From the human T2T-CHM13v2.0 reference genome, Homo sapiens: a stretch of DNA of 64,000 nt. Below are positions 36,770 to 50,706 of this stretch, piece after piece; the stretch's first letter is position 1, and each line of letters begins with the position of its first letter. The notes under the pieces are model-generated. The model ran no database searches. It saw only the letters and a list, made by a program, of their open reading frames with translations, and was not told the origin of the DNA. Position numbers and translations under genes: made by a program. The DNA lies in NCBI RefSeq assembly GCF_009914755.1, contig NC_060925.1; one strand, given 5' to 3'.

Positions 36770-38830
36770 CTACCCTCTCACCCTGCTCAAACTATTTCTC
36801 TTAGTGTTACCAATGATCATTTGTAAAAACAAGGAACATTTCTCAGTCTTTATAACATTTGATCTTTTAGCAATATTGGTTGGAATTGACTGACAACCAT
36901 CTGCTTTAAACACACTTCCTCCCAGTTTCTTCACTGATTCCTTTTGCTTTTTTTACTCTATGAACATTTCTTCAAAATCTTACTTTTTTCCCACATACTT
37001 CTTCAGGATTTTGATGCCTCAGTACTATGCCTTTGCTCTCTGTCTTTCTTACTTTGCATATATATACTTTATACTCTTAGGTGGCTTCATTTATTCTCAT
37101 AATTTTATTCATGTCGAATCACTTATCCAAATGATTCCCATGTTTATTTCTATTCAAAAATCTCTCCTATAATCATTATTTCTTTATTCAATTGCATGAT
37201 CCTAAGTCTCATATTTCACTCCTTGGCTTAAATTTCCTGTCCTCAAAGAAACATGTCCTCTTTTCTAATGTCCCCATCTGACTCCCTATTACTGAGTTGT
37301 ATATATACTTCACAGACTTGATCAAAATATATATTATGCACATGTTTCTCTTCCCATACTACATATATGCTCATGAAAAGCCTTTTATGTGAGACAAAAT
37401 TGCACCCTGTAAATTGTCTTGTAGTTAAACACGAGCATTTGTAACCAGAGCACTAAAACAAATAAACAAGTGAAAACAAATAAAAAGAGTAGCATATTTA
37501 AGTCTACACTAGCATGTGGACCCAGCATCATAATCAGCTGATTATTTTCAGCCTTAAAACATGTGATGTTAATTTTTCTCCTTCGAGATAGCTAACTGAT
37601 GGCTTTTGTTTTCAATACGTATCAGTTTTATCAAAAATTAAAATTCCAATCCAGAAACAAAACATCTCCATCAATATTTTTTTAAACAGAGGAAAATAGC
37701 TTTATAGGTTTTTTTCTGGACTGTAAACCAGCAACAAAACAATCAACCATTTGCATCTAGGAAAAGAGCTTCTACAGTAGCTTAAGCTTTTTCTTCAGGC
37801 TTTCCCTTAGATGGTGAGAAAGCTCACCTTGCTCACCTCTAAACATTGGTATGGCAGTGGGGGATGGGCTATGTATGGACCAATAAGACTACATATTAAT
37901 TATATTGTTATTATTTAATTGTATGCCAATCACACATTAACTAAAAGCATTTAAAAATAAAACTACATTTCCTACAGAAGAGCATATACTTTTTCTATTT
38001 CTCCCATTTGTTTTTATTCTCCACACAAGTAGGAAATTTCTATTTTATTTACCAATATTTACTCAAGTTCCTTGTTTAGTTCTTGGACCACCAGGAGGCA
38101 TTGTACTTATATAAAGTAAATGAATAACTAAGATCTCATATTCTCTTTTTCAGGTAATGCTGTCCCCCTTTCTAAGTCTACTTTGACTACACAAATGAAT
38201 GCCCTCATAATTTCTAGCCCACGCCCACACAATAGCATCATTAGTAATCCCTTTGATTCCAATCTATTTCTTTTAAAACAATATTCCATTTAACTGCACT
38301 GCTCCTGTAAAATTGCAAACCAGATGGTGTTCCAACTTCTTTAAAACTTCTTAAAGGATCCCAGTTTACCTGCTGGGTGAAATAGATGTTTTCGTCCTAC
38401 AAGATTGCCCATCATCTAGACAGTATCTGTTCCTCAAGTTTCATGTTATGACATTCTGTTTCCCAGTTATCTCTCTAGTAGAACTAAATTGGGATAAGAT
38501 TTGTGAAAATGCCCTGCCATTTGCCTCTCATGTCCTAGCCTCTATTAAATCTATTTGTACTTATTCTTTAAGATCTTCACCAGGAGGCCTCCCTGGCCCG
38601 TGCCTGTTCCAGTCAGTTACCCCTCAATTGTCTCAAAACTTCTGCCATCAATATATCTAACATTGTTATTAGTACTCTCTATTGTAGAGCATAACATTGA
38701 TCTATTCAGTAATCTCTCTCCCATGTTGAAACTATAGACTGAGTCTTATTAATTCTTGTATTCTCCTATACAAAGTGATGACTCTCATAGATCCAGCAAA
38801 CAGGATATGTTTAATTAATTAATATGAATT
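36770..38830 (+). mobile_element. LINE-2 fragments (discontinuous: ~36770-37300 and ~38130-38830)
   Basis: ttaccaatgatc...attctcagtctttataacatttgatcttttagcaata, CT-rich L2 body and an L2-like 3' tail. Confidence 0.55.
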
Positions 38831-39039
38831 AACGATATACTTTCTGGGGTGTCCTGATGTTAAATATATGTGTTATTCTTTGTTTACTCTTCTAAATTCA
38901 AAATTCATATTTTCAATTGCCTTAAAGGAATATTCTTCAGTAATTCTCACCTCCAGTTCTGTGTTCTTATCATCCCTTCTGCATGAATTTTTCCCCATAT
39001 ATCCTCATAACTCCCGCATTCACTTCCTTCCAAACTTTT

Positions 39040-39332
39040 TTTTTTTTTGAGACAGAACCTGGCTTTGTCACCAGGTTGAAGTGCAATGGTGCAATCGCGT
39101 CTCACTGCAACCTCTGCCTCCTCACTTCAAGCAACTCTCATGCCTCAGCCACCCAAGTAGCTGGGATTACAGGTGTGCACCACCATGCTCGGCTAATTTT
39201 TTTGTATTTTTAGTAGAGATGAGGGTTTCACCATGTTGGCCAGGCTGGTCTTGAACTCCTGGCCTCAAGTAATCTGCCTGCCTCTGCCTCCCAAAGTGCT
39301 GGGATTACAGGCATGGGCCACCACACCTGGCC
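39040..39332 (-). mobile_element. AluS (Sx/Sz-like)
   Basis: Full dimer. TSD ccaaactttt at 39030-39039 and 39333-39342. Confidence 0.95.
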
Positions 39333-40157
39333 CCAAACTTTTCCAAATTCTCCTTAGCATAAGAGACCATTGTATCCCCACATAAAATACCATTCTTCAT
39401 CTCTCTTTCCCTGCTTTAACCGGCTCTATTATTGTTGTATTACTCATTATCACTAATTAGTAAATTTTATTTCTTCATCTGCCTCTCCTCACTAGCATAT
39501 GAGTGTCTTGTAATTAAATTATTTTTTCAATGTTATATATTCAGCTTTGCTAGCCATGTTTGTGAAAGTATACTCTTAAATATTAATGGAAAGGAATAGA
39601 AGATGAAAGGCTTCCCTTAATTCTCTTTTACGCCAGACTTTCTATAACCCCTTCCATCAGAATTTTGAAGTGTAATGTTCCTTACTTGCCCAATTTCTTA
39701 TACCCAATACTTGTGCAATAAATCCGTCAGTGTGGCAAGAAGATCTGAAAGTTATGCAGATCCAAAATATAACTTATCTACGTTTACTCCTCTTCTTACT
39801 GCCAAATGAGGTTGTCTTCTTGTCATCACTGTTTCTCTTTTATAATGCTATTCTCCAAGGTATCCAGATGGAAACCTTGGACAATTCCCATGTTAATTGG
39901 TCCTGATCAGCTCACACCCATCTTGAATTCCTTGCTGATGAGATACGACACATAAACACCTCCAGTCAAGTGGAGAAATAATTATAGGTAAATATTTTGT
40001 ACTGGATACTGAACAAGAATGCAATTTGGAATTAGAAATTCTCCTAGGAAATAAGATGATATGTGGTGTATGGAGGCCACTATAAGATTTGCCTCTTTAT
40101 TTTATTTTTTTTCTCTAAATTTGTCACACTTTTCCCAAGCATGGCCATCAGAGATAA

Positions 40158-40683
40158 TGATAAAGGCAGGAGGCAGACAAATGCCCTCAGCAGATAGGAA
40201 AGAGTCCCCAGTGAAACCTCACCTTCAACCCTAAAACAGCTTGAAGGCTGAAAGACCGCGCTGCTGGTCCCAGATGAAACCCACAACCCAGAGGGAAAAC
40301 TTCTACCCCTGTTTGCCCACCTTTCCCAATGGATTCTTTCTGAATAATACCTTTTAACCAAAGGAATGTTGCATTTTCCGAAACTACCTACGGCTTGCCT
40401 GGGCATGCCCATGTACGCATTTGGGGAATGGGGTGGAGCCACCTGGAATTCGTGCCTTATGTAGCAGGGGAGCCTGGGCTCCAGCTCATGTGTAGTGGCC
40501 CTGGTATTCAATTCGTGAGGTGGAAACCTGCTTGTAGGACCCCCTTTCTTTATTGAGAGTTCTCCTTTTGCTTAATTAATTCCACCTTCCTCACCCTCCA
40601 ATGTGTCTGGGTGCCTAATTCTCCATAGTTGTGAGACAAGAACCTGGATTAGCTGAGCTAAGGAACAAACAATCCTGTGTTAG
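40158..40683 (+). mobile_element. ERV1 solo LTR, MER61-like (HUERS-P group)
   Basis: tgataaaggcaggaggcagacaaatgcc...gtgaggtggaaacctgcttgtaggacccc...gagacaagaacctggattagctgagctaagg. The U3 start resembles the LTR at 10597-11215. Confidence 0.8.
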
Positions 40684-40977
40684 TAGGACCAAAAGAATGG
40701 TCAGTCCCTCTCTCTCTGTCAGCTTCAGTCCAAGCAGAGTGTACACCATGGATGAACAGTATCTCTCAAGGAAGCAAGGCGACCCTCCAGCAATACACAG
40801 CTTAATAAACTTGTAGCTTTAACATCTTCCATGAGGTATGTAAAGAGAGTGGAAAGAAAGGCTAAAAGATGTTCTTCATGATCCTTTACAAATTAGGACA
40901 ATATACAAGTTAGAGGAGAGAAAGTGCCTGTCCCTGCTCAAATAAATACAATATTCCTCACATTTTAGTTCTCTTTT

Positions 40978-41231
40978 CTTTGTTTCAGTGGTGTGATCTT
41001 GACTCACTGCAACTTGCGCCTCCCAGATTCAAGCAATTCTCCTGCTTCAACCTCCTGAGTAGCTGGGACTACAGGGGCACGCCACCACACATCCAGCTAA
41101 TTTTTGTATTTTTAGGAGACACAGGGTTTCACCATGTAGGCCAGAATGGTCTCGATTTCTTGACCTCGTGATCCACCCACCTCAGCCTCCCCAAGTGCTG
41201 GGATTACAGTTGTGAGCCATCATGCCCGGCC
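40978..41231 (-). mobile_element. AluSc-like, lacking ~35 nt next to the tail
   Basis: TSD tagttctctttt at 40966-40977 and 41232-41243. On the + strand the Alu body starts at cagtggtgtgatc. Confidence 0.9.
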
Positions 41232-41872
41232 TAGTTCTCTTTTAATCCAATGATCTTAACAATCAATCTTAAGGTCAACCAGTGTATAGTTCCCTCCCAG
41301 AGGAAGAGGCTGGCAGGTTATAGAACTAATCATGGTCTGCCCACTTCGTAAGATGAATTTAAAAATAACCATCATTGTTTCTTTATTTTTTTTCTTCTGG
41401 GAGCAGTAAGAAGAGCATTTTGCTTTAGCTTTCAGAAGCCTCTGAAATAGAACAGGATGTTAGGGAACTTTATACTGCAACTGAAGCAAAAAAGAAAATA
41501 TCTTCTGTTTTCTGCCAGATTATCTAATAACACTCATCAAAACTTACACAATTATTTAAAACTGAAAAAGAAAAAATGATGAAAATTTAAACACAAACCC
41601 TTTCCTGCTATGATATCCCCGATAGAAATACTGTTTAAAAATACAAAGAAATAAATTCTCCAATAAGATTTTACTCAACTCATTCTTAGCTAATACAATA
41701 TGTCTAATTGAAATCATTAAATGTTATATGTTTATCGAACCTTAGAATGTTGGTAGACATACTACCAATCTGTATATATTGAGCATTTTTATAGGTGTAT
41801 TGGGAATGGCACCAATCTCCACTTAGTTGGTGTCATTTTGCCACCTCAGATTACTTTAAATATCTCATACTA

Positions 41873-42118
41873 GGCTGATCATGGGACTTCATGCCTGTAG
41901 TCCCAACAGTTTATGAAGATGAGGCAGGAGGATCATTTGAGACCAGGAATTTAAGTCCAGCCTGGGCAACATAGTGAGGCCCCATCTGTATAAAATATTT
42001 TTTAACAAACAAACATTAGCCAGATGTGGTGCCACATGCTTGTCATCCTAGCTACTGGGGAGATCTCAGCAACAGAGTGAGATCCTGTCTCAAAATCCAA
42101 CCAACCAAACAAACAAAA
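41873..42118 (+). mobile_element. AluJ with right-monomer internal deletion
   Basis: gaggatcatttgagaccaggaattt...ccagcctgggcaacatagtgagg; the right monomer jumps from gctactggggag to gcaacagagtgagatcctgtctc. Confidence 0.85.
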
Positions 42119-42196
42119 CCTTATATTATGCTATTCAAGGGTATAAATACTGATTACAATGTATACTATAGTTTTCTTATTTGTAAAATGCATATA

Positions 42197-42527
<331 letters not shown>

Positions 42528-43694
42528 TTAAAGATAAACATATAAAGTACCTAGCACTGAAGCTAATCCATGACAAGTTATGTTCCTTTCCTTTATTTTT
42601 GTCTTATTTTCAAAAATACTTAACATTTTTCTAATTTTCATGCTCAGGGCCATGAGAAATTATTATGATAGATCGCATCACCTCTTTCTCTCCTGCCCTA
42701 CAGCCTCTTCATTTCCTTTCTCCTCACGTCTGTTGAACTAAATCCAATGATTAAAAGAAACAGAGATTTTCTCTTTCTTAACTGATGTGCAGCAGGAAAA
42801 ATGGACTTTGAACCCTAAGAAGGGAAACAGTTTTCTGGGGTTTTAGGGCACAGAGCTACTCTGAGGACAGGGAACAATGATTTGGGGAATAAAACCACAA
42901 ATGTCAGTCATTTTGGGATGCAGAAATCAGAAAAACACAATACTAGTTGACATGAGTCATAACTGAAGGGACTTCAACTGTCTCCTAGAAAAAGATTTCA
43001 ATATTTTTTTTCTCTGTAAGTTGGCATTATATTTTGGGTCAGGTGGAATTTTTCAGCATAGGTAAATGAGGTCTGCAAAACATTGTAAGAATAAGAAAAT
43101 TCTTTCCTGTGTTTTCTCACATTTGACTTTATGGTCTTCAAATACTTTTATGGTGTTTCTTCACAGTTCTAATAAATAGACACAAACATGTATACATGTG
43201 TTATGTATGTATACACACACACACACATATATACTTAAAATATTAACTTGTCTTGGTAGACTTTTATCTATGTAATTACCAAAGACAGTTTATGTAAATA
43301 TGAAAACTATCACAGTCATGGCAATAGTAATGAAAGAATGCAGGTCATGTTTAGAACTTAAATTTACATATGCCTTGTTCAGTTCACTTCCCAATAATTC
43401 ATTTGAGTCGTTTGAACTGGAAAAAAAAAACCATAAATGGCTGAACATAATATAAAATAAGATGTATGCTTGTATGTTTGTGTGTTTTATAAAACTTCTA
43501 CAGGATGAATATCAATAGATAATAAAATTATGTGACTATAGTCACTGTACTAATAAATACCAGTTAATTTCAAAGCTTTACATTTATTTTGACATTTTTG
43601 AAAATACTGATGACATTTTGTAGTATAACTGTTCATGATATTTGTGTATTATAAGTAGTTCTACATAGTCAGAATTTTTACAGGTTAAACAATA

Positions 43695-44198
43695 TTTATA
43701 GGAAGCCATTGGTTTGGTCAAATCTCCTGCACTAGGCCAAACTGACCAAACTAAAATGGAGTCATTCTTGCTAAAGTTCCACATCATCAAGCCAAAACTG
43801 AGCTGTTTATCTGACCTTCCAGGTAATCAGAATGAGAGACAATAGTCAAATTCCCAGTCTAGTTTCAGTTGACCTGTTTAAATAGAGTTTCCTCTGTTTT
43901 TAATTCTTATAAAAAAGTAACAGGAAGTAACCTGGTGCCAACAACCAATTATTTCTCTATTGTTCTGTCTCCCTGTTCCCATCTTACAAAGAAAGTAACT
44001 CTAAAATGAACAATTCACTTTTTGTTCTTTGTTTCTGCTTTCTCCAGCCCACCTTTATCTATAAAACCAAACTCCTCTGCTCAGAACATTGGAAAGCTCA
44101 TTCTGCTTTGTAGAATAAAGTGTTGCCTGATTCTAGAATCGCAAATAAAGCTAATTAGGATCTTTAAATTAAATTTGTTGTAATTTTGTCTTTTGATA
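43695..44198 (+). mobile_element. MER31A/B ERV1 solo LTR
   Basis: ctcctgcactaggcc...aaaatggagtca...gattctagaatcgcaaataaag...aaatttgttgtaattttgtcttttgata. Confidence 0.85.
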
Positions 44199-46041
44199 AT
44201 AGCATTTCAATATCAGGAAACCGAATTTATTTATTGGTTGCTTGTTTTTTACACAAGCGTGTGCATCTGTGTTTTTTAAACTATATTCCACTATGAATTT
44301 GTTTTTATTTCCCTAAAACAGTAACTTTCATGTATTTGTTATTGTTGCTTTTATACCAGGGTATTCCATAAGAAAATTGCTTTCATTTCATAAAGGGTTA
44401 ATTTTATTCTATAAACATAGTGCAGATATTTTTGTTGTTGTTAATTCCATAAACTTTGAGTAGTACATCTGCTTTCATGTCATAAATCTTAAGACTAAAT
44501 CGCAATTTCCTCCCAAGTGGGATGAAATGGATTTGAATTGGACACTGAAAAAGAAAACTGCTGTGCTATTTGTTACAGCTGGCCAACTTTGTTCAATTGA
44601 AGCAACAGGGATGTGTTGAAAACCAGGCTGTTTCCACAGGTCATTATGAAGCTCACTCATGGAATTGCCAGTGGAAAATTTCAGAGAATCATCCCATGGA
44701 GCATGGATGTTTCAGTACAACCAAGGTAGCAATCTTCTATATATCCACAGCTAAGCACAGCAAAACTTGTTATCTAAAAGAAATTTCAGGGACTTAGACA
44801 TAAATTATAATGGTTATAAAGTTTTGGATAGTTATCTTCTAATTCCATTATTTGACATTAAAGTAATATAGAGAGAACTGTATTTTTTAATAATATTACA
44901 TTATAGGGCATCAAATTTGTCTGCAGATAGGTTGTTTTTTTACAGTCTTTCAGAGGGAGTCAAGAAAGAAGGAAGCATGAGGCACTATGAAAAAAGAATT
45001 AGATATTCAGGAATTCTTTAAAAGTTTTCTTATTATGGTAACAGTAAAATAAGTACCATTTTTCCATACTCACTAACACTCGTTAGTTTTAAATACTAAA
45101 ATACTTTGTTTTAAATACTAAAATAATCAAAATATAACTTCACAATATAAAAAAAGAGTTTATAAGGTTATAGCAAAATCATAGGTTGCCAATTTGGGTA
45201 TGTCCACTGATAGCAGTTGTGTTTCATTGGAGATATTTGAAATTCTCTCATAACATTCACATAAATATCTTTATTAGTTATTGTTTTAGTTATGTTCAAA
45301 ATTATATTCCATGAAGTCTAAACCTATGTTCCATAACTACATGTTTGAGAAATAAACTTATCAGGCAAACATTTAGAAATTGATGGGTAAAATAAAATAA
45401 GCATTGTTTTTATAAAGCTCTGATTGCAAAATTATAGGCAGACTTGTTTATATGTTCCTATGTTTAAGTTTTTTTTGTAAGTCCCACCCAGCACACTACT
45501 GTTTGCCTTTTCATTGCCTTTAGGTCACTGTTTATGGTATCTAAGCAAGCAGGAAAAAATGGCAACTAGCACAGTGAGCAGATGGCTAACACAGTCCCCT
45601 CCATGTGACTCCTGCTAACATAGAAGTCTGCTCAAGACTACATGGTAAATAGTGTTTATCATAGGTGGGATCGTTATCCCTTTAGCCCTTTCATTAGTTC
45701 TTTGACCCCTACAGTTCAGCATTAATGAAATCATAACTTCTCATTCTTGAGGCTCCTGTACTATTCCACCAGTGTCCTAGTAATGGAGTGTGTGTTTACT
45801 GCAACTAAATTACAGAGCTTCGTATGGCATGCCCCTAGCATCAGCCTCACACAGTTGTGGGTCTTTGACACACACTGGTAAAGTTCTGCAATGAACTGTG
45901 CTTATTAGAGCCCACCAGGAAGGCGAGCTTCTTAGTATAATTAGCTCCCCTGAGAACAATGGCTGCCTTCACAGCTGGAAAACTAGAAGAAATTTATTCT
46001 AAAGTATGGGAAGCACTGAAAAGGCACCTGTAATTAAATTT

Positions 46042-46061
46042 CCTTTTCTGCTTCTTTCTTT

Positions 46062-46128
<67 letters not shown>

Positions 46129-46129
46129 G

Positions 46130-46192
<63 letters not shown>

Positions 46193-46290
46193 CTTTCTTT
46201 CTTTCTTTCTTTCCTTCCTTCCTTCCTTCCTTTCTTTCTTTCTTTCTCTCTTCTCTCTCTTTCTTTCTTCTTTCTTTGTTTCTTCTTTCC
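46042..46290. repeat. Complex (TTTC)n/(TTCC)n polypyrimidine microsatellite
   Basis: About 250 bp of near-pure pyrimidines with long TTTC arrays, seen directly. Confidence 0.98.
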
Positions 46291-47864
46291 ATATTTATAG
46301 TTTAAGGTTTTTTTTTTAGTTTTTCTCCATCTTGATTAACAAAATATAATTGTAATATTTGTTAATTATGAATATTACTTGCTGAAGGTCATGTCTTCAA
46401 TTGCTATATGACTTTAATAATGTTTTCCTCTTTCAGTGCAGGTTTAGTAGAGAAATACACACACACACATACGCATAAGACTTGTGAGAAATAAACAGTT
46501 TAGAATCTTTACTGTGTAGACAAAATGTTTGAATAACTACATTAGTCTGTTTTTGCATTGCTGAAAAAACTACCTGAGACTAGGAGATTTGTAAACAAAA
46601 GAGGATTAACTGACTCACAGTTCTGCATGGCTGAGGAGGCCTCGGGAAACTAACAATCATGGTGGAAGGAGAAGGGGAAACAAGGCATGTCTTACATGGC
46701 AGCAGGAGAGAGAGAGCAAGGGGGGAACTGAAAAACACTTTTTAACCATCAGATCACATGAAAACTCACTCACTATTGTGAGAACAGCATGGGGGAAACC
46801 ACCCCCATAATCTAATCACCTCCCACCAGTTTCCTCCCAGGACACATGGAGTTTACAATTCAAGATGAGATTTGGTTGAGGACACAGAGCCAAACCATGT
46901 TATTCTGCCCCAGCTCCTCCCAAATCAGATATAATGCTCACATTTCAAAACACAATTATGCCTTCCCAACAGTCCCGCAAAGTCTTAACTAATTTCAGCA
47001 TTAAACCAAAAGTCCAAGTCGAAAGTCTCACTTGAAACAAGGGAAGGCCCTTCCACCTGTGAGCCTCTAAAATCAAAAGTATGTTAGTTACTTCTAAGGT
47101 ACAATGGGTGTACAGGCATTGAGTAATGCTCCTGTTCCAAAAGGGAGAAATTGGTCAAAACAAATGGGCTACAGGCCCCATACAAGTCGGAAAACCTACA
47201 GGGCAGTTATTAAATCCAAAACATCAAAAAAATCTCCTTTGACCTCATGTCTAAAACCCAGGACTTGCTGATGCAAGAGGTGGGCTCCCAAGGCCTGGGG
47301 CAGCTCTGCTTTTGTGGTTCTACAGGGTACAATCCCTGCACCTGCTTTCATGGGCTGTTGTTGAATGTTTGTGACTTTTCCAGTATCACTGTGCAAGCCA
47401 TGGTGGATCTACCATTCTGGGGTCTGCAGGATGGTGGCCCTCTTCTCACAGATCCACTAGGCAGTGGCCCAGTGGATGCTCTTTGTTGGGAGCTCCAACC
47501 CAACTTTTCTCTTCTGCATTGCACTAGGTTCTCCATAACGGCTTCATCCCTGCAACAGACTTCTGCCTGGACATCCAGGCCTTTCCATACATCCTCTGCA
47601 ATTTAGGTGGAGGCTCCCAAAGCTCATCTCTTGTGTTCTGCACACCTGCAGGCCCAACACCACATGGAAGCTACCAAGGCTTGGGGCTTGCAACCTCTGA
47701 AGCAATGGCTAAAGCTGTACCTTGGCTCTTTATAGCCACAGCTGGAGCTGGAGTGGCTAAGACAAAGGGCACCCTGTCCCCAAGCTGCACAGAGCAGCAG
47801 GGCCCTGAGCCCAGCCCATGAAAACATTTTTCCCTCCTAGGTCTTTGGGCCTGTGATGGAACAG

Positions 47865-50051
47865 TGTATTAGTTCAGTCTTACAGTACTATAAAGAACTA
47901 TTGAGACTAGATAATTTATTTTTTAAAAAAGAGGTTTAATTGACACAGAGTTCTGCATGACTGGGGAGTCCTCAGGAAATTTGCAATTATGGCAGAAGGA
48001 GAAGCAGATACTTCTCACATGGTGGCAGGTGAGAGAGAACAAAAAGCCCAGGGGGAACTGCCATTTATAAAACCATCAGATCTTGTGAGAACTCCCTCAC
48101 TATCACAAGAACAGCATGGGGAAAACTGCTGCCATCATTCAATCACCTCCCACCAGGTCCCTCACTCGAAACATGGGGATTAAGGGCATTACAATTACAA
48201 ATTGGGATTTGGGTGGGGATTCAGCCAAACCATATTATTCCTCCCCAAGCTCTCCCAAATCTTATGTCCTCACTTTTCAAAACCAATCATGCCTTCCCAA
48301 CAGTCCCCCAGTCTTAAGTCATATCAGAATTAACCTAAAATCCAAATCCAAAGTTTCATCTGAGACAAGGCAAGTCCCTTCTGCCTATGAGCCTGTCAAA
48401 TCAAAGGCAATTTAGATACTTCCAAGATACAATGGAAGTGCAGGTATTGGATAAATGTCCCCATTACAATGGGAGAAATTGGCCAAAACAAAGGGGCTAC
48501 AGCCCCCATTCAAGTTCAAAATCCAACAGGCAGTCATTACATCTTAAAGCTCCAAAATTATCATCTTTAACTCCATGTCTCACATTCAGGACATTCTGAT
48601 GCAAATGGGGGGCTCCCAAGGCCTTGGGCTGCTCTGCCCTTGTGCCTTTGCAGGGTACAACTTCCCTCCCAGCTGCTTTCATGGGCTGACCTTGACCATC
48701 TGCAACTTTTCAGGTACATGGTGCAAGCTGTCAGTGGATCTACCATTCTGGGGTCTGGAGAATGGTGGCCCTCTTCTCGCAGCTCCACTAGCCAGTGTCC
48801 AGTGGGGACTCTGTGTGGGGTAACACCCCACATTTTCCTTCCATACTGCTCTAGAAGAGGTTCTCCATGAGGGCACAGCCTCTGCAGCAGACTTCTGCCT
48901 GAAAATTCAGGCATTTCCATACATCCTCTGAAATCTAGGTGGAGGTTCCCAAACCTCAATTCTTGACTTCTGTACAAGCTGTACCTTGGCCCCTTTTAGC
49001 CATGGCTGAGACACAGTGCACCCTATTCCAAGGCAATACAGAGCACTAGTGTTCTGGGCCTGGCCCAGGAAACCATTTTTCCCTCCTAACCTCTGAGTCT
49101 GTCATGGGAGGGGCAGCTGCCAAGATCTCTGACATGCCCTGGAGACATTTTCCTTATTGTCGTGGTGATTAACATTTAGCTCTTCATTACTTATGCAAAT
49201 TTCTGTAGCCAGCCTGAATTTCTGTCCAGAAAATGGGTTTTCCTTTTCTATCACATCATCAGGCTGCAAATTTTTCAAACGTCTATGCTCTGCTTCCCTT
49301 TTAAACATAAGTTCCAATTTCAGATCATCTCTTTCAAGTTCAAAGTTTCACAGATCTCTAGGGCAGGGGCAAAATGCTGCCAGTCTCTTTGCTAAAACAT
49401 AGCAAAAGTGACCTTTTCTCCAGTTCCAAATAATCTCCTCATTTCCATCTGAGACCACCTTAGCCTGGACTTCATTGTCCATATCACTGTCAGCATTTTG
49501 GTCAAAACCATTCAGCAAGTCTCTAGGAAGTTCCAAACTTTCCCACATCTTCCTATCTTCTTTTGGGTCCTCCAAACTCCAGATTCTTCCAACCTCTGCT
49601 TGTTACCCAGTTCCCAAGTTGCTTCCACATTTTTGGATATTTATATAGCAGTACTCCACTCTACTGGTACTAATTTACCATGTGTTAGTCCATTCTCACA
49701 CTGCTATAAAGAACTGCCTGAAACTAGGTAATTTATAAAGAAAAGAGGTTTAATTGACTTACAGTTCTGCATGCCTGGGGAGGCCTCAGGAAACTTAGAA
49801 GTATGGTGGAAGGGGAAGCATGCATGTATTACATGACAGTAGGTGAGAGAGAGCAAAAAGCCCAGGGGAAACTGCCATTTATAAAACCATCAGATCTTGT
49901 GAGAACTCACTCACTATCATGAAAATAGCATGAGGGAAACCACCCCCCAGGATCCAGTCACCTCCCACCAGGTCCCTCCCTCAACTTGTGGGAATTATGA
50001 AGATAACAATTGGAGATGAGATTTGGGTGGGGACACAGCCACACCATATCA
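47865..50051 (-). mobile_element. Nested full-length THE1D/MSTA-type MaLR provirus (LTRs 47865-48237 and 49681-50051)
   Basis: Both LTRs share caaaaagcccagggg(g/a)aactgccatttataaaaccatcagatcttgtgagaactc. Flanks aacag/gatag are a degenerate 5-bp TSD. Confidence 0.9.
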
Positions 50052-50706
50052 GATAGGCTACAGTGAAGATTTCTGAAATGCCATGGAGACGTTGTCTCCA
50101 TTGTCTTGGCTATTAACATTCGACTCCTTGATGCTTATGAAAATTTCTGCAGCCTGCTTTAATTCCTCCCCAGAAAATGGGTTTATCTTTTCTACTGCAT
50201 GGTCACGCTGCAAATTTTCCAAAATGTATGTTCTGCTTTCCTTTGAAACATAAGTTCCAATTTCAGATCTTCTGTTTATGAATGCATTTGACTGTACACT
50301 TTTAGAAAAAGCCAGGCCACATCTTGAATGCTTTGCTGCTTAGATATTTCCTCTGCCGGATACCCTAAATCATCTCTCTTAAGTTTAAAGTCCCACAGAT
50401 CTCTACAGCAGTGGCAAAATGCTGCCCGTATCTCTGTTAAAGCATAGCAAGAGTGACCTTTGCTCAAGTCCCCAATAAGTTCCTCATCTACATCTGAGAC
50501 CACTTCAGCCTAGACTTCATTGTCCATATCACTATCAGCATTTTGGTCAAAACCACTCAACAAATCTTTAGGAAGTTCTAACTTTTCCCACATCTTCCTG
50601 TCATTTTTCTGAGCCCTCTAAACTTTTCCAACCTCTGCCTGTTACCCGTTTACAAAGTCACTTCCACTTTTCTAGGTATCTTTATAGCAGTGCCCCACTC
50701 TACCGG

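Noticed and set aside
37735-37760. aacaat...atttgcat Sox/Oct pair
   Set aside because: Order and spacing do not match the canonical composite motif.
40080-40511. 143-aa ORF, the longest in the window
   Set aside because: Antisense frame through the MER61-like LTR with no recognisable domain.
44560-44735. Possible exon (acceptors ttgttacag and tttccacag, donor aag|gtagca)
   Set aside because: Weak donor, no recognisable peptide and no partner exons. A lncRNA exon cannot be excluded without RNA data.
45999-46305. 97-aa ERKK-rich and 99-aa FLSF-rich ORFs
   Set aside because: They are translations of the (TTTC)n microsatellite.
47196-50503. Cluster of overlapping 60-136 aa ORFs
   Set aside because: Fragments of decayed MaLR internal sequence, broken by stops and frameshifts.
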